Shown here one piece after another: positions 1 through 12,695 of a stretch of 64,000 nt of DNA. How positions within the stretch are numbered: the first letter of the stretch is position 1; each line of letters opens with the position of its first letter. Source of the DNA: Raja brachyura (taxonomy: Eukaryota); NCBI GenBank assembly GCA_963514005.1, contig OY740787.1, forward strand, positions 30,814,001 to 30,878,000. Reading direction: 5' to 3'. A model generated the notes under the pieces. It made no database searches. It saw only the letters and a list, made by a program, of their open reading frames with translations, and was not told the origin of the DNA. The position numbers and the translations under genes were made by a program.

Positions 1-109
1 TTGTGTTGGGGGAACGGGTGAGTGGTGGAATATTGCGTTGGGGAATGGGTTGCGTTCTGGGACCAGGCCTCCCATGTGACTCGGAAACAACGGGTCCCAC
101 TTAGTCTAG
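1..109 (+). mobile_element. 3' end of non-autonomous Helitron (family A), runs off the left edge
   Basis: Ends ...gggtcccacttagtCTAG|t and is the reverse-complement homologue of 3602-3690. Degenerate subterminal hairpin. Confidence 0.75.
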
Positions 110-289
110 TGTTTTAAAAAAATCTGACCAGACATTACTTCCATCTGGGCACATTTCCCAAAACTGTAGTCATCAAGATTATCTTGCAGGAGAAGCGGTC
201 CACTGTTCTAGCTGCCATCTCTATAGAACAATAGGGAAAATAAAAGCTTAACAGTCACACACAAGACACAACAGACAGTACCTCTATCT

Positions 290-545
290 TCTGCCACCCT
301 CTGCTCAGCCTTCTCACCGAAGCCTCTTGTGCCCAAGCCTCACTTTCACCTTAACCCAGAGCCGTCTTCATTGCCAGAATGAAGCCAAATTCAAACTGAA
401 AGAATTGTACCTCATATTGCGCTTGGGTAGCTTACAACATTATGAACATTGAATTCTCCAATTTTAGGTAACTTTTGCAAACACCCACTCCCCTTTCTTC
501 CCCAAACCCTCTTCCCCTCTTTCTCTCCCTCTCCCCCTGCTTTCA
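290..545 (+). mobile_element. Penelope-like element fragment (C-terminus of GIY-YIG ORF and 3' flank), decayed
   Basis: 369-450 translates HCQNEAKFKLKELYLILRLGSLQ. Homologous to the minus-strand fragment at 60730-60840, which lies next to a YIGET motif. Confidence 0.6.
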
Positions 546-2336
546 GTTGTAAAAAAGTTGATTGTCCACTCAACATGGGAATGCACTAGTGGTGACAACA
601 AATACTATCATCACCTTTTCCTTGTCACAAGGCATTTGGGGAATTCAACCTGTAAAAAAAAATACAGGATCCATTCATGGTACTAGTTTGGAAAGTTTAT
701 TCAATGAGAAAACCCCTGTTACAGTAAAATAGCAGGTGTCTTTTGCTAGCATGCTCTGTCAGCTAACATGTCAACACTCAAAGTCAATCATGGAATATTG
801 AAGTATATCAAAAATATAGGTTATCTTTCTTCGTGTACATCAAAGAGCTGGTGGAAACAGAGCTTCTCAAAGAGGAAAGGACCTTTCACATCTTTGGAGG
901 TCAATGTTCTAACAGGAAGCAAGTTCAGTCTGAAATGAAACTATCAAACATTAATTTTGCTGTCCAGGTGAGCTTTCATCACTATTGGATTGAGAATTGT
1001 GATTACACCTCTGCAGAGGCCAATATGGTGATATGTTTCCATCTGACCTCCAGATTTCAAACTCACCTGCAAAGTTACCTTAGTAGTCACAGTAACATCT
1101 GAATACTAAGGTAACAACAAGATGATTTGATCCATTTCCACCTCAACAATTAAGTTATTTTTTTGAGAACTAAAGAGTTTGTAATAGTGAAAATTTACAG
1201 ATAGTTATCTTGTTTCTTCTCAATTTAGTGTGAACATCTCTGTTCTGCTTGTAAGTTATATATCAAGGAAGTTTTAAATTATATAATACTTGACTTGATA
1301 GGTTAAATAAAATCCAATATAGCAATCCTTGAGTAGATAAAATAAATTTAAAAGATTAAAAAAATCAGAACATTAAATTTTGACTATTCCCGTGACAAAA
1401 TATTTTTGTATCTTTCATATACTTAATTGTAGAACAGAGAGAACAACAATTATTTTTGATTTTATTTCATGCCTATGTTATTAATCTCCATTGACATAAT
1501 AGTAATTCGAGAGCTAGGTCCATCGCATGAAGCAAAATGCTTGATAGCACATTGCCCAGGATCTGGTATTTCCTCTAGTAAAACAAACATTTCTATCTCC
1601 AGTGATCTTTTTGTGCTTGATATGCAGAGATCCCTCACCATGACCTAAAAAGATCATGTGCAAAATTCCATTATTACTTTCTGTAAAAATAATTAAGATT
1701 AATTACTATTAATGACCTGCACTAATGGAAAGCTGTTATCACAAATTCCAGAAGACAATTTTCAATAGTAATTATATAATCCAATGGTATGAATTTTGGA
1801 TTATCTAATTTTCAAGTAATGCACCCCAAACATCCTCCACCCTCCTCTCATTCCCCCCCACCCCCAGCCCAGTGTGCACACATTTCTCCCCACAACCCCC
1901 TTGGTCACCCTACTCTTTTGGTCTGATCTGATGTCTTCTTTCCTCGCCACCACTATCCCCTCTCATGGGGGTAATGTAGAATTATTAAAGGTTATTAACT
2001 CCGGAAATTGGATAATATAATGCCAGATTTTGTGAATTTTACAATTTAACATGAATGAAAAATTGCAGGTAAATTGGCATTGGGGATTTATTGTGAGTTC
2101 CACAGTCTGTGACTTTCCTTCTGAATATTTCATGTAGCTGACATACCCAACACATGAAGAAGCCTGGACATGAGAAGTGATGTCTCATGGTTTGTTAACT
2201 ATGCTACGATGCACGTTTCACGATTTCTATTCACGCAGACTTGGCCTATAGATATTATGGGCCACTCATGCTGAAGCAAGCCTTCACAGCGAATGTGATT
2301 TATCTTCAGTGTTACATAACTTGTACAAGTGAGTTG

Positions 2337-3325
2337 AATAGAAACATAGAGACATAAAAAATAGGTGCAGGAGTGGGCCATTCGGCTCTTCGAGCCTGCA
2401 CTGCCATTCAATATGATCATGGCTGATCATCCAACTCAGTATCCCGTACCTGCCTTCTCTCCATACCCCCTGATCCCCTTAGCCACAAGGGCCACATCTA
2501 ACTCCCTCTTAAGTATAGCCAATGAACTGGCCTCAACTACCTTCTGTGGCAGAGAATTCCAGAGATTCACCACTCTCTGTGTGAAAAATGTTTTTCTCAT
2601 CTAGGTCCCAAAAGTCCCCCTAATCTTCCCCCTTATCCTTAGACTGTGACCCCTTGTTCTGGACTTCCCCAACATTGGGAATAATTTTCCTGCATTCCTG
2701 CATGTAAGTTTCTATAAGATCCCCGTCAATCTTCTAAATTCTAGTGAGTACAAGCCAAGTCTATCCAGTCTTTCTTCAAATGAAAGTCCTGACATCCCCG
2801 GAATCAGTCTAGTGAACCTTCTCTGTACTCCCTTTATGGCAAGAATGTCTTTCCTCAGATTAGGAGCCCAAAACTGTACGCAATACTCCAGATGTGCTGC
2901 TGCTTCTCCAGGTTCCTAATATGGTCCCTTATGAGCCCCATCTCGAAACACCAAGTACAGATGTGGACGTCTGGAGGGCTATCAGACTCCATGACCTCCC
3001 ACATCTGACATCCACACAGTACACTGCCCTGGCACTCATACTCCCCCCTTACCCTGGCTACAATACAAAGTACAATACAATACAATACAAAGTGCTGGAA
3101 GAAATCAGCAGGGATCTGACTCCCAATCAGCTGCTTCCTCTCGTCCGCTTCCACCAATCAGCGGCTTGCTCAAGCCCACTTGTTTTGAAATGTGAATGGA
3201 ATGTTACAGAGTTGGGCAGTCCTCCCTCTGCAACGGCTCCTCAGCCTCTGTGGAAACAAGCCTCGTGATCGGTTTTTGAACATACTGCCCGGACGTCGCT
3301 CCTCCCTCTGCAACGGCTCCTCGGC
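2337..3325 (-). mobile_element. Internally deleted or chimeric CR1 LINE (5' UTR and ORF1 start fused to ORF2 3' end and tail)
   Basis: 2897-3325 matches the 5' UTR and ORF1 N-terminus of the 12616-17488 element (CQMWEVMESD). 2337-2896 matches the CR1 3' end at 27566-28126, with a (TCTATGTT)n-like tail. Confidence 0.85.
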
Positions 3326-3344
3326 ACTTCTAGCTTTCATCACT

Positions 3345-3560
3345 TACTCCACCAGTTTCCCCCCCCCCCCCACCCTTCACCTGTATCCACCGATCACTTG
3401 TCCAGCTTTGTGCCACCCCCTCCACAAAATTTCTATCTACTCCTGAAGAGTCTCAATTCGAAACGTGATCTGTTTATTCCCTCCATAGATGTTGCCTGTC
3501 CTGTTGGGTTCCTCCAGGACTTCCTTTTTCACTTATGATTCCCTTCATCTTTTGTCTCAG
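3345..3560 (+). mobile_element. Penelope-associated terminal repeat fragment with hammerhead-like core
   Basis: ctgaagagtctcaattcgaaacgtg followed by agatgttgcctgtcctg. Same repeat as 7358-7422 and 35084-35220. Confidence 0.55.
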
Positions 3561-3601
3561 TTGAAGTAAACAATATCATATTAATTAATATTTAGATTGT
3601 A

Positions 3602-4846
3602 CTAGACTCGGTGGGACCTGTTGGGTCCCAGCATCACATGGGAGGGCTGGTCCCCTAACGCAATATTCCACCTCTCCACCAATTCCAATATTGGTGGTCA
3701 GTGGGGGGGGGGGTTTGGCTTTCTGGAGCACTAGTATGGGTGTTGTGGGCTAAATGGACTGGTTTCCAGAGGGCTAGTATGGACATTGTGGGGCGAATGG
3801 ATTCTTGGGCTAGCGGCTCAGTCACTCGAGCCTGTTGTGCTGGCAGGTCACTCATGGCTGGTGGGCTGGCAGTTGACTTACGGCTATTCCTTGAAATTCA
3901 ATTTCAAGCAGGGTGCAAGGCCACCAAATTCAAGTGCAGTTTCTTACCACTTCAAGCAGGGTGCAAGGCCACCAAATTCAAGTGCAGTTTCATACCATTT
4001 CAAGCAGGGTCAAAGCCCATTAAAGACAGCGAGTCGTGACCTCTCCCTGCTCCATCTTGCAAGAGACTGAGCCACGCCCACACTTCTGGGTTTTATAGTC
4101 CCTCCCCCTTCCCACCTGAAGGGGCGTGACCTTCATGGCATGATTGACAGGAGAGAGAATCTCAACATTTTTTAAACACTAATAACTCTTTTATTTTTAA
4201 TTGATGGGAAAAATCCTCGGCACCTGATGAGCGGAGGGGGACTGTGTAAGATGGCAAAAAAATCACAGCCGTACGTGGTAGCGTTCTTTCTAAAATCAAT
4301 ATAAAACGCAACCAGGAAGTGGTCAAGATTAGACTTTTAATTATATAGAAGGCAAGGCAACTTTAATTATGCAAGGCAACTCTAATTAGGCAAGGCAACT
4401 TTAATTAGGCAACACAGCTTTAGCATTTCCAAACCACAGGCAACACAGCTTTAGAATTGCCAAACCAAATGCAACACAGCTTTAGCATTTCCAAACTATA
4501 TTTTCAAACCACATTAAGGGCACTGACAGGTCAGTAAAACCACTCACAGTTTAGTAGACATGTGTTCAGTGATATTTACAGCTAAGACTGAGAGACGTGA
4601 CCCTCTCGCTCCCCCATCTTGCAGAGACTGACTGAGGCACTCGTGGCCTTCAGGAGAGAGAATCTCAACATTTTTTTAACACATAACTCTTTTATTTTTC
4701 ATCGATGGGAAAAATCCTCTTGTCCTGCACAGCGGAGGGGGACTCTGAGTAAGATGGCCAAAAATCACAGCCATAACTGGCAGCGTTTTTTCTAAAATCA
4801 ATATACAGAACTATAGTGGTCAAGATCCGACTTTTAGTAATATAGA
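3602..4846 (-). mobile_element. Complete non-autonomous Helitron (family A)
   Basis: Minus strand starts a|TCTATATTACTAAAAG and ends CTAG|t. Inserted in an AT dinucleotide with no TSD. 7-bp-stem hairpin tgggacc-tgttg-ggtccca at 3612-3630 next to the CTAG. Internal 48-bp and 19-bp tandem repeats. Confidence 0.9.
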
Positions 4847-6204
4847 TGTGGAGAGCTATATATCATTTCAAAGAATGGGGTAGCTAATTGCATCATTATT
4901 TGTTATCGCTGCATCACACTATTATCTCGTCTCTCACAGGCAATTTAGCTTTTATCTGTAATTTATGTAATTTGTAATTAACTTTAGAAGTAAATGAGAA
5001 TTGTCATGAAATTAAACTTTTAACCTCACTTATAAATGTCATTGAAGGCATTCATGTTCTTGCAAAGTTACAGATTTAAGAATACGAGGGATGCTGCAGT
5101 GAAAGAATTGGAGCCCAAAGCCAGGGTGGCATTATTTTGCCTCGGGAATTGTATTTTAAATTGGCATTACTTCTTAAAATGTAAATAAAGATAGAGCCTA
5201 AACTAAACCAAATTATCTTTCAGGATATGATCTTTGCAGCAACTAGCTACAAAATACATCCAGGAATCTAGATCTGTAAACACGGCTCCAAATATTGTAA
5301 ATACTACTGTATCTTAATTATCCTTAAATTGCAGACTGAACTAGTATAATCATTTTAGTCATTGCTGAATAATTATATCATATGACAATAAGGTTATATC
5401 CCATTTTAAGGTTTCAATACTTATTGCGTTATATTCCAAATCTTTTATTTACAATGATTATTTTTGAAAACACCTTGCTTTATACATTTTCTATGATTTA
5501 TCTAAATTAACAATTAACTATTTTTTAACAGAAGTTGAACGTCACTGCCAATATTTAACTGAAGTGTTAAAGAAATATAAACCTAATATTAAACATAATC
5601 AGTTGGATCAATAATATATTTTTAGCTTGAATACTATGATAATAATGTCAGATCACCAGATCATTTAGCAATGATCTGATGTGGATGTGTTGAATAGCTT
5701 TTGCATACTGATGGGAATTAATGCAAAGAGCACTCTTTACTGGGGTCACTACATAAAAAACACTTTGTTGGTATCCCTTCCCTACGATATAACACTCTAT
5801 CATTAATCATTCGGCTAATGAACTGTGTTTTCTTCCATCATTGGAAATTTGCTAAAGATTTTTCATTTAAAACAGATATTTAAATTTGACTCAGAAGTGT
5901 TGCTAATGTTCATTGCCCCCCATGGAGATGTTATTGCAATAGTGGCAGGTTTTCAGTATTTACCTCCCATTTAAGGGTGGGCCCTACATATTTTATCTCC
6001 GATTAAACACTAAAATGCCATAATTATCTTTAAATTGCTTCCGGTGTCACATACCAAACATCCAAATTAAATGTCTTGTGACTAGGCCTGGGGGAAAGAC
6101 CGAGGATACTCACTTTACTTGTTTTAATAGACTCTTAAAATAGTTGGCAGCGTCTACTTGTACTGTGACATCTACCAAATTAAATTATCTGTTAAGTAAA
6201 TAAA

Positions 6205-6565
6205 GCATATAAAATTATGAGAGGCTTATTGGAATCTTTTTCCCTGGATGGAAAAAAATCAAACACTACAGGGCATAGATTTAAGGTGAGAGGAGCAGCG
6301 TTTACAAGCGATGTGCTGGGCATGTTTTTCACATAGATGGTGGTGATTGCCTGGAATGCACTGCTGGGTTAGTAGTTGAAACAGATGCGATAGGGGTATT
6401 CAAAAGACTTTTGTGTAGGTATATCGATATGGCGGGAATTAAGTGATATGGATTATGGCAGGTAGATAAGTGATGGCCTTGGCATCATGTTCAGCACAGA
6501 CATTGTGGGCCAAAGGGTCTGTTCTTGTGCTGTACCGGTTTATTTTCTGTGTTCTATATTCTATG
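6205..6565 (+). mobile_element. Old CR1 LINE 3' fragment
   Basis: Decayed homology to CR1 ORF2 C-terminus (tataaaattatgagaggc...actacagggcatagatttaagg), ending in a ttctatattctatg tail. Confidence 0.7.
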
Positions 6566-7084
6566 TCCTCTTCGTAATGTCTTCAAAATGTATCTTACAG
6601 TTCAGAGCTGAGCAACTTATCAAGTTTTGATGGTGTTGACCTGTTTCATTAATGAAAGTATTTTCCTTTGGTTGAAGTGAATGATATGCTATTAAAAAGA
6701 AAAGTCAATATGGGGAATATAAAGTAAGTTGACACCAGTGTTTCAATTCAAAAACTCTAGATAATTGAACAATTTTTCAAGTAAAAGTACTATAATGATA
6801 TAACACGTGTGCTCAGTTTTCCATTATGTGATTGGTGAAGAATTATATTAATAACCCAGATTCAAATAAGTTTCTCCTTTTTTGGTTGACATCATGATTC
6901 ATTACGTATTCCTTCAGTGATTCTACAATTGTTACATTATTGTTAACACATTCAACAAATTCTATGGTGCATGTAAAAGTAATCAGGAGGTCATAGAACC
7001 ATAATGTACTTGAAGGCACAGTTTGTGCTGGACCTGGACTAAGCATCTTTCTGATAGATCAAACCCACATTTATTTGTACAAAA

Positions 7085-7422
7085 GGTAGACTCAAAACGC
7101 TGGAGTAACTAAGCGGGACAGGCAGCATCTTTGAAGAGAAGGAATTGGCGACGTTTCAGGTCGAGACCCTTCTTCCAGTATGCTGAAGTCAACTTGAAGA
7201 TATCTATAATACCTAACAGAATCAGAAAAAGCTTTATAGAAAATGCACCTGATAAACCTATTAATGAAATTATTTATATATCAACAAAATTCGTACCATT
7301 AGAATCTTTAAGTTTGTTTATTTCCTATTCCTTTGTTAAATGAGTATTTACTTACTTCTGAAGAAGGGTCTCAACCCAAAACATCACCCATTCCTTTTCT
7401 CCAGAGATGCTGCCTGTCCCGC
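7085..7422. repeat. Two oppositely oriented Penelope-tail/hammerhead-like repeats forming an inverted repeat
   Basis: 7113-7178 is the approximate reverse complement of 7358-7422, with about 180 bp of AT-rich spacer. Confidence 0.75.
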
Positions 7423-7629
7423 ATAGCAATGTTTTGTGTTTTTGTAGAGGATTAGTTAAGGCCAATCAGTAAAATATATTGTCAGAAGTATTTTAACTAA
7501 TTACTTCCTTAAAATGAAAGCCAGAATAAATATTAACTGAAGTAGTATCTGAAATATAGGTAGCATTTTCACTCACTCACTTTTAGAAATTGATTACATA
7601 AAGCAGTTTTACATCAATGAGAAATAATA

Positions 7630-8208
7630 TGAGCTTGTGGCGGCCTGAGCCATTTTGGTATCGAACCGTCGTTAGTCGGGCTCTAACTCTCGCGTGGACC
7701 AAGCTTAATCTGGGCCTTTCAGGTACTGCAACACAGCGCCACGACTTTTGTCATCAACATGGGTGGCTGGCACGAGACTGACTCCGTGGACCGTCTTAAT
7801 CTGGCACACTTGGACAATGATCAACCAGTGCAAGTGGCACAGCCCCACCGTCACGACCACACCCGCCCTGAACTCTGGCAGCTGTGACCCGAACACAGGA
7901 GACGCGTGTAGAGATCTGGCTGCCTCACTCGTGAGCCTAACCGCCTCCATTACTCCGGTTCTGTGGGGGTGGGGGGTCACGTGGCGGGCTGAGCCATGTT
8001 GGTATCGAACCGTCGTTGGTTGGGCTCGAACTCTAGTGTGGATCGGGCGTGATCTGGGCTGACCAATCGGGTTAGAGAACAAAGGATTTGGTAGTTGAAG
8101 CTTAACTCGGGTGTGCTCACGAGCGACGGCATGGTAGCAGTTAAATATTCTTGATGCGCACGTGAGCGACGGGGCTGTATCGGTTAATTATTAAACGGAA
8201 TGTTTACA
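7630..8208. mobile_element. Unclassified CpG-rich insertion with internal direct repeats (possible solo LTR)
   Basis: Abrupt GC/CpG rise. Direct repeat of about 72 bp at 7643-7715 and 7987-8059. Second short repeat (gagcgacgg...gttaa) at about 8120 and 8164. Confidence 0.4.
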
Positions 8209-9074
8209 TAATGTGTGGACCTCTACAAGCTCCTATTTTGTTGTATGCTGAGTGTGATGGTCATATATTTTACAGGAGAATGACTAAGAAATATTTAAAT
8301 TTATGACTTTATATGCAAAAACTGCCATGTGCCATATTGAAACAATCCATCCAAAGTTCAAAATATACATTTGATTAGTATTTTTATTATTGGTATTTCT
8401 AATCACTATAAAAGCATATAGTGGGTGCCAATCTATTGTGACATTGCACATGGAAAACTAAGATCTAATGTACTCATGTACATCTAATGTACCAGGTTTA
8501 GATTACAGTGGATAACTGAACCAAATAACAGTCAGGTACATCAATTCTCATTTCAATGTGAGGTGTTTTGTTCCCATTTTACAATATTATTCAGTTTACA
8601 GTTAAATTGCAAAGGCTATTGCCCATTTGAAATACAAATAAGTAGATTTGCATGGGTGGGAGTTCCTTTGCAGCACAAAACTGGGAAATGAATTTCAAAA
8701 CTGACATGCTACAACACTACCACAAGCATATGGATGTAATTATTGTACATAATGGGTATAATTACCAAACACAAAATGTCCTTTATAATCATGGACAAGA
8801 ATTTTGATTGGAAAAATGTGTGATTAAAAATACAACAGGAAATACTTGCATTTCTAATGACGATGCACTAGGGCTCACTATTTAATGAACTGTAAAGCAA
8901 AGTGGAGTGAATGTTGAAAATACGAGGTAGCAGCAGAAAAAGCAGGAAATACTGAGCATGCCAAGGTGCCTCTGAGAAAGTGGGAAAATGCTAGGAAATA
9001 CTTAGCTACCCAAGTGACCATAAAATTCTCAATTTCCTATACAATCCAATATAATTTACATTTAGTTATGAGGA

Positions 9075-10966
9075 AATAACATTCCTCAACTGGAAAGATA
9101 CCGCAGCAGGGATGACAGTGGAACAACAATGGCAGGTATTTCTGGGAATAATACCGAAGGTGCAGGATCAGTTCATTCCAAAGAGGAAGAAAGATTCTAA
9201 GGGGAGTAAGGGGTGACCGTGGCTGACAAGGGACGTCAGGGACAGTATAAAAATAAAAGATAAGTACAACGTAGCAAAAATGAGCGGGAATCAAGAGGAT
9301 TGGGTAATGTTTAAAGAGCAACAGAAGACAATACGGGGAGCAAAGATGAGGTACGAAGGTAAGCAAGCCAAGAATATAAAGGAGGATAATAAAAGCTTCT
9401 TTAGGTATGTGAAGAGGAAAACAAAAGTTAAGACAAAGTTGGACCATTGAAGACTGAAAAAGACTGAATTTATTATGGGGATCAGGAAATGGCAGATGAG
9501 TTGAACAGGTACTTTGGATCCTTCACTAAGAAGGACACAAACAATCTTACTGATGTACTAGTGGCCAGAGGATCTGGAGTGACGGAGGAACTGAAAGAAT
9601 CCACATTAGGCAGGAAATGGTGTTGGGCAGACTGATGGGAGTGAAGACGGATAAATCCCCAGGGCCTGATGGTCTGCATCTCAGGGTACTTAAGGAAGTG
9701 GCTCTAGAAATTGTGGATGCATTGGTGATAATTTTCCAATGTTCTATAGATTCAGGATCAGTTCCTGTGCATTGGAGGGTAGCTAATGTTATCCCACTTT
9801 TCAAGAAGAGGCGGGAGAAAGTTAACAGGGAATTATAGACTAGTTAGCCTGACATCGGTGGTGGGGAAGATGCTGGAGTCCATCATAAAAGATGAAATAG
9901 CGGCACATTTGGATAGGAGTAACAGAGTCGGTCCGCGTCAGCATGTATTTACGAAGGAGAAATCATGCTTGACTAATCTTCTGGAATTTTTTGAGGATGT
10001 AACTTGGGATTTTTTTAGGATGTGATGAAGTGATTCAAAGTAACATTAGCAAATTTGCAGATGACACAAAACTGGGTGGCAGTGTGAACTGTGAGGAGGA
10101 TGCTATGAGAATGCAGGGTGACTTGGACAGGTTGGGTGAGTGGGCAGATGCATGGCAGATGCAGTTTAATGAGGATAAATGTGAAGTTATCCACTTTGGT
10201 AGCAAAAACAGGAAGGTTATTACCTAAATGGTGTCAAGTTGGGAAAATGGGAAGTACAATGGGATCTGGGGATCCTTGTTCATCAGTCAATGAAAGTAAG
10301 CATGCAGTGAAGAAAGAGAATGGCATGTTGGCCTTCATAACACGAAGAGTTGAGTATAGTAGCAAAGAGGTCCTGCTGCAGTTGTATAGGGCCCTAGTGA
10401 GACCACACCTGGAGTATTGTGTAGGCTCCATGTTTCCCTAATTTGAGGAAGGACATTAATGCTATTGAGGGAGTGCAGCGTAGGTTTACAAGGTTAATTC
10501 CCGGGATGGCAGGACTGTCATATGCTGAGCGAATGGAGCAGCTGGGCTTGTATACTCTGGAGTTTAGAAGGATGAGAGTATATCTCATTGAAACATATAA
10601 GATTATTATGGGTTTGGACATGCTAGAGGCTGGAAACATGTTCCCGATGCTAGGGAAGTCCAGAACCAGGGATCACAGTTTAAGAAAAATGGGTAAGCCA
10701 TTTATAACAGAGATGAGGAAACACTTTTTCACACACAGAGTTGTGAGTCTGTGGAATTCTTTGACTCAAGGGGCGGTGGAGGCCGGTTTGGATACTTTAG
10801 AGAGAGAGCTAGGTAGGGCTCTTAAAGATAGCGGAGTCAGGGGATATGGGGAGAAGGCAGGACCGGGGTACTGATTGGGGATGATCAACCATGATCACAT
10901 TGAACGGCAGTGCTTACTCGAAGGGTCGAATGGCCTACTTCTGCACCTATTTGTCTATTGTCTATT
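9075..10966 (+). mobile_element. 5'-truncated, decayed CR1 LINE (ORF2 pseudogene, RT core deleted near 10010)
   Basis: Fragments [35 protein letters not shown] and a (TCTATTG)n tail. Confidence 0.92.
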
Positions 10967-11185
10967 CATAAGTGATAGGAGCAGAATTAAACTATTCAGC
11001 CCATCAAGTCTACTCTGCCATTCAATCATGGCTCATCTATCTCAATCACATTCTCCTGCCTTCTCCCCATAACTCCTGACACCCATACTAATCAAGAATC
11101 TATCTACATAACTTACCATTGATGGCCTCCACAGCCTTCTGTGGCAACAAATTCCACAGATTCAGCACTCTTTGACTAAAAACAT
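10967..11185 (-). mobile_element. CR1 3' end, tail-to-tail with the preceding copy
   Basis: Homologous to 2361-2590 (tcctgccttctccccataac...ctgtggcaacaaattccacagattc). Confidence 0.8.
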
Positions 11186-11659
11186 TATAGTCCTTACTTG
11201 CTTGTAGTCCTGACTATAAATGACCAGTCATAATCCATCATGATTAATATCAAAAAAATCTGATAGACTATTCAGCTGGCCTGCCTCTTAAACCAGAGTT
11301 GGCATGAAATAGCACCTGGCTAATGACACCTACTTTCCAGATGGCTAGGAGGAGGAGGGTGATTGATTCTGCAGTGAGTGATTAGTTTAAATTTTCCTGG
11401 TTCTGTATTATTGCAGTTAAATGATTTATTTTTGCTGGAGAGAAAGGTACTTTGCATAAAACATTGATATTGAAGCCTCCAATAAATTGTGAAAATATAC
11501 GAGCAAGTTTTCTGTTATCATCCAGAACTTGTCTTTGGGAATTATTTGCCAGGTCAGATTTAATTGACACAGAAGTGATTTTTAAATGGTGTTACGAACT
11601 GGAGCAACCAATTATTCATTGTTCTTTCAGTTTCTGCTACTTTCAATAACTTTTTGTTT

Positions 11660-11950
11660 TCCTTTTGCCTCAGAGTTAGAAGGTAATGTACTATTTTGCA
11701 TTCCAAAAACAGCATTGCAGATTGATACTGCAATGCAGCACTGAGAGAATGTTGCACTATCAGAGTTGTCAACTTCCAAAACTAAGATTGTATCTCCTAT
11801 CTCAGAATGAAAAAAACATTTCAAAAAGAGTACGGGTGGGGTGGGTTATCACCAGGGGCCTAATCAGTATTCATCCTTCAATCAATATTACCAGATCAGT
11901 GCCCTGCTCACATGGTAATTTAGGAGCACGCTGCACACACAGTAACTTCA
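11660..11950 (+). mobile_element. Ancient Deu-domain-like SINE remnant; its tail probably resumes at 22840-22930
   Basis: gcagcactgagagaatgttgcactatcagag and cagtattcatccttcaatcaatattac resemble the Deu-SINE core as I recall it. Similar decayed copy at 36455-36745. Confidence 0.45.
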
Positions 11951-11951
11951 A

Positions 11952-12260
11952 AAGCACGGTGGCACAGTGATAGAGTTGCTGCCTTACAACAAATGCAGCA
12001 CCGGAGACCCGGGTTTGACCCTGATTTTGGTTGCTGTCTGTACGGAGTTTGTACGTTCTCTCCGTGACCTGCGTGGGTTTTCTCCGAGACCTCCCACACT
12101 TCAATGACGTACAAGTATGTAGGTTAATTGGCTTGATAAATTTTTGTTTTAATTGCCCCTAGCAGGCATGGGATAGTGTTAATGTGCGGGAATCGCTGGT
12201 CGGTGCAGACCCGGTGGGCCGAAAGGGCCTATTTCCACGCTGTACCTCAAACCGAAACCG
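11952..12260 (+). mobile_element. tRNA-derived V-SINE (HE1-like)
   Basis: A-box-like ggtggcacagtg, B-box-like gggtttgaccc, V-domain gctgtctgtacggagtttgtacgttctctccgtg, (aaaccg)n tail. Confidence 0.85.
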
Positions 12261-12695
12261 TTTTCCTTCCTATATAAAAGTAAGATTAAATGAGAACTTA
12301 CCAGTTTGACGTTTGATCTTTATTTTATGGGGAGTTACGATGAGCGATTACGTGAAGAACCCCGCCAGTCGGCATGTGCGTCAATCTTCAAAGCAGCGAT
12401 GTGAAATCACAGAAGAACAACAATTGAAGTGTTATAAAAAGATTAGAAACCTAGAACTACCAGATGAGCTTTGTGATATGAGGGTTGGGAGCGGTGGGAA
12501 CGTAATCGCTCATCATAACTTCTCATAAAATAAAGATCAAACTTCAAACTGGTAAGTTCTCGTTTAATCTTACTATTTTACTTCGGAGTCACGTGAGTGA
12601 TTCCGTGAAGATTTAACCATATAACCATGTAACAATTACAGCATGGAAACAGGCCATCTCGGCCCTTCAAGTCCGTGCCGAACAACTTTTTTCCC

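Noticed and set aside
833-1102. 89-aa ORF and other short ORFs in AT-rich unique DNA
   Set aside because: Non-ATG starts or random composition, with no motifs or splice support.
6843-7230. Possible minus-strand host exon after an acceptor-like ttttctgattctgttag
   Set aside because: No recognisable protein in the frames checked, no matching donor, and it is interrupted by a repeat.
11952-12030. tRNA gene
   Set aside because: A/B-box-like head continues into a V-domain and tail, so it is a SINE. Same for 49414 and 46975.
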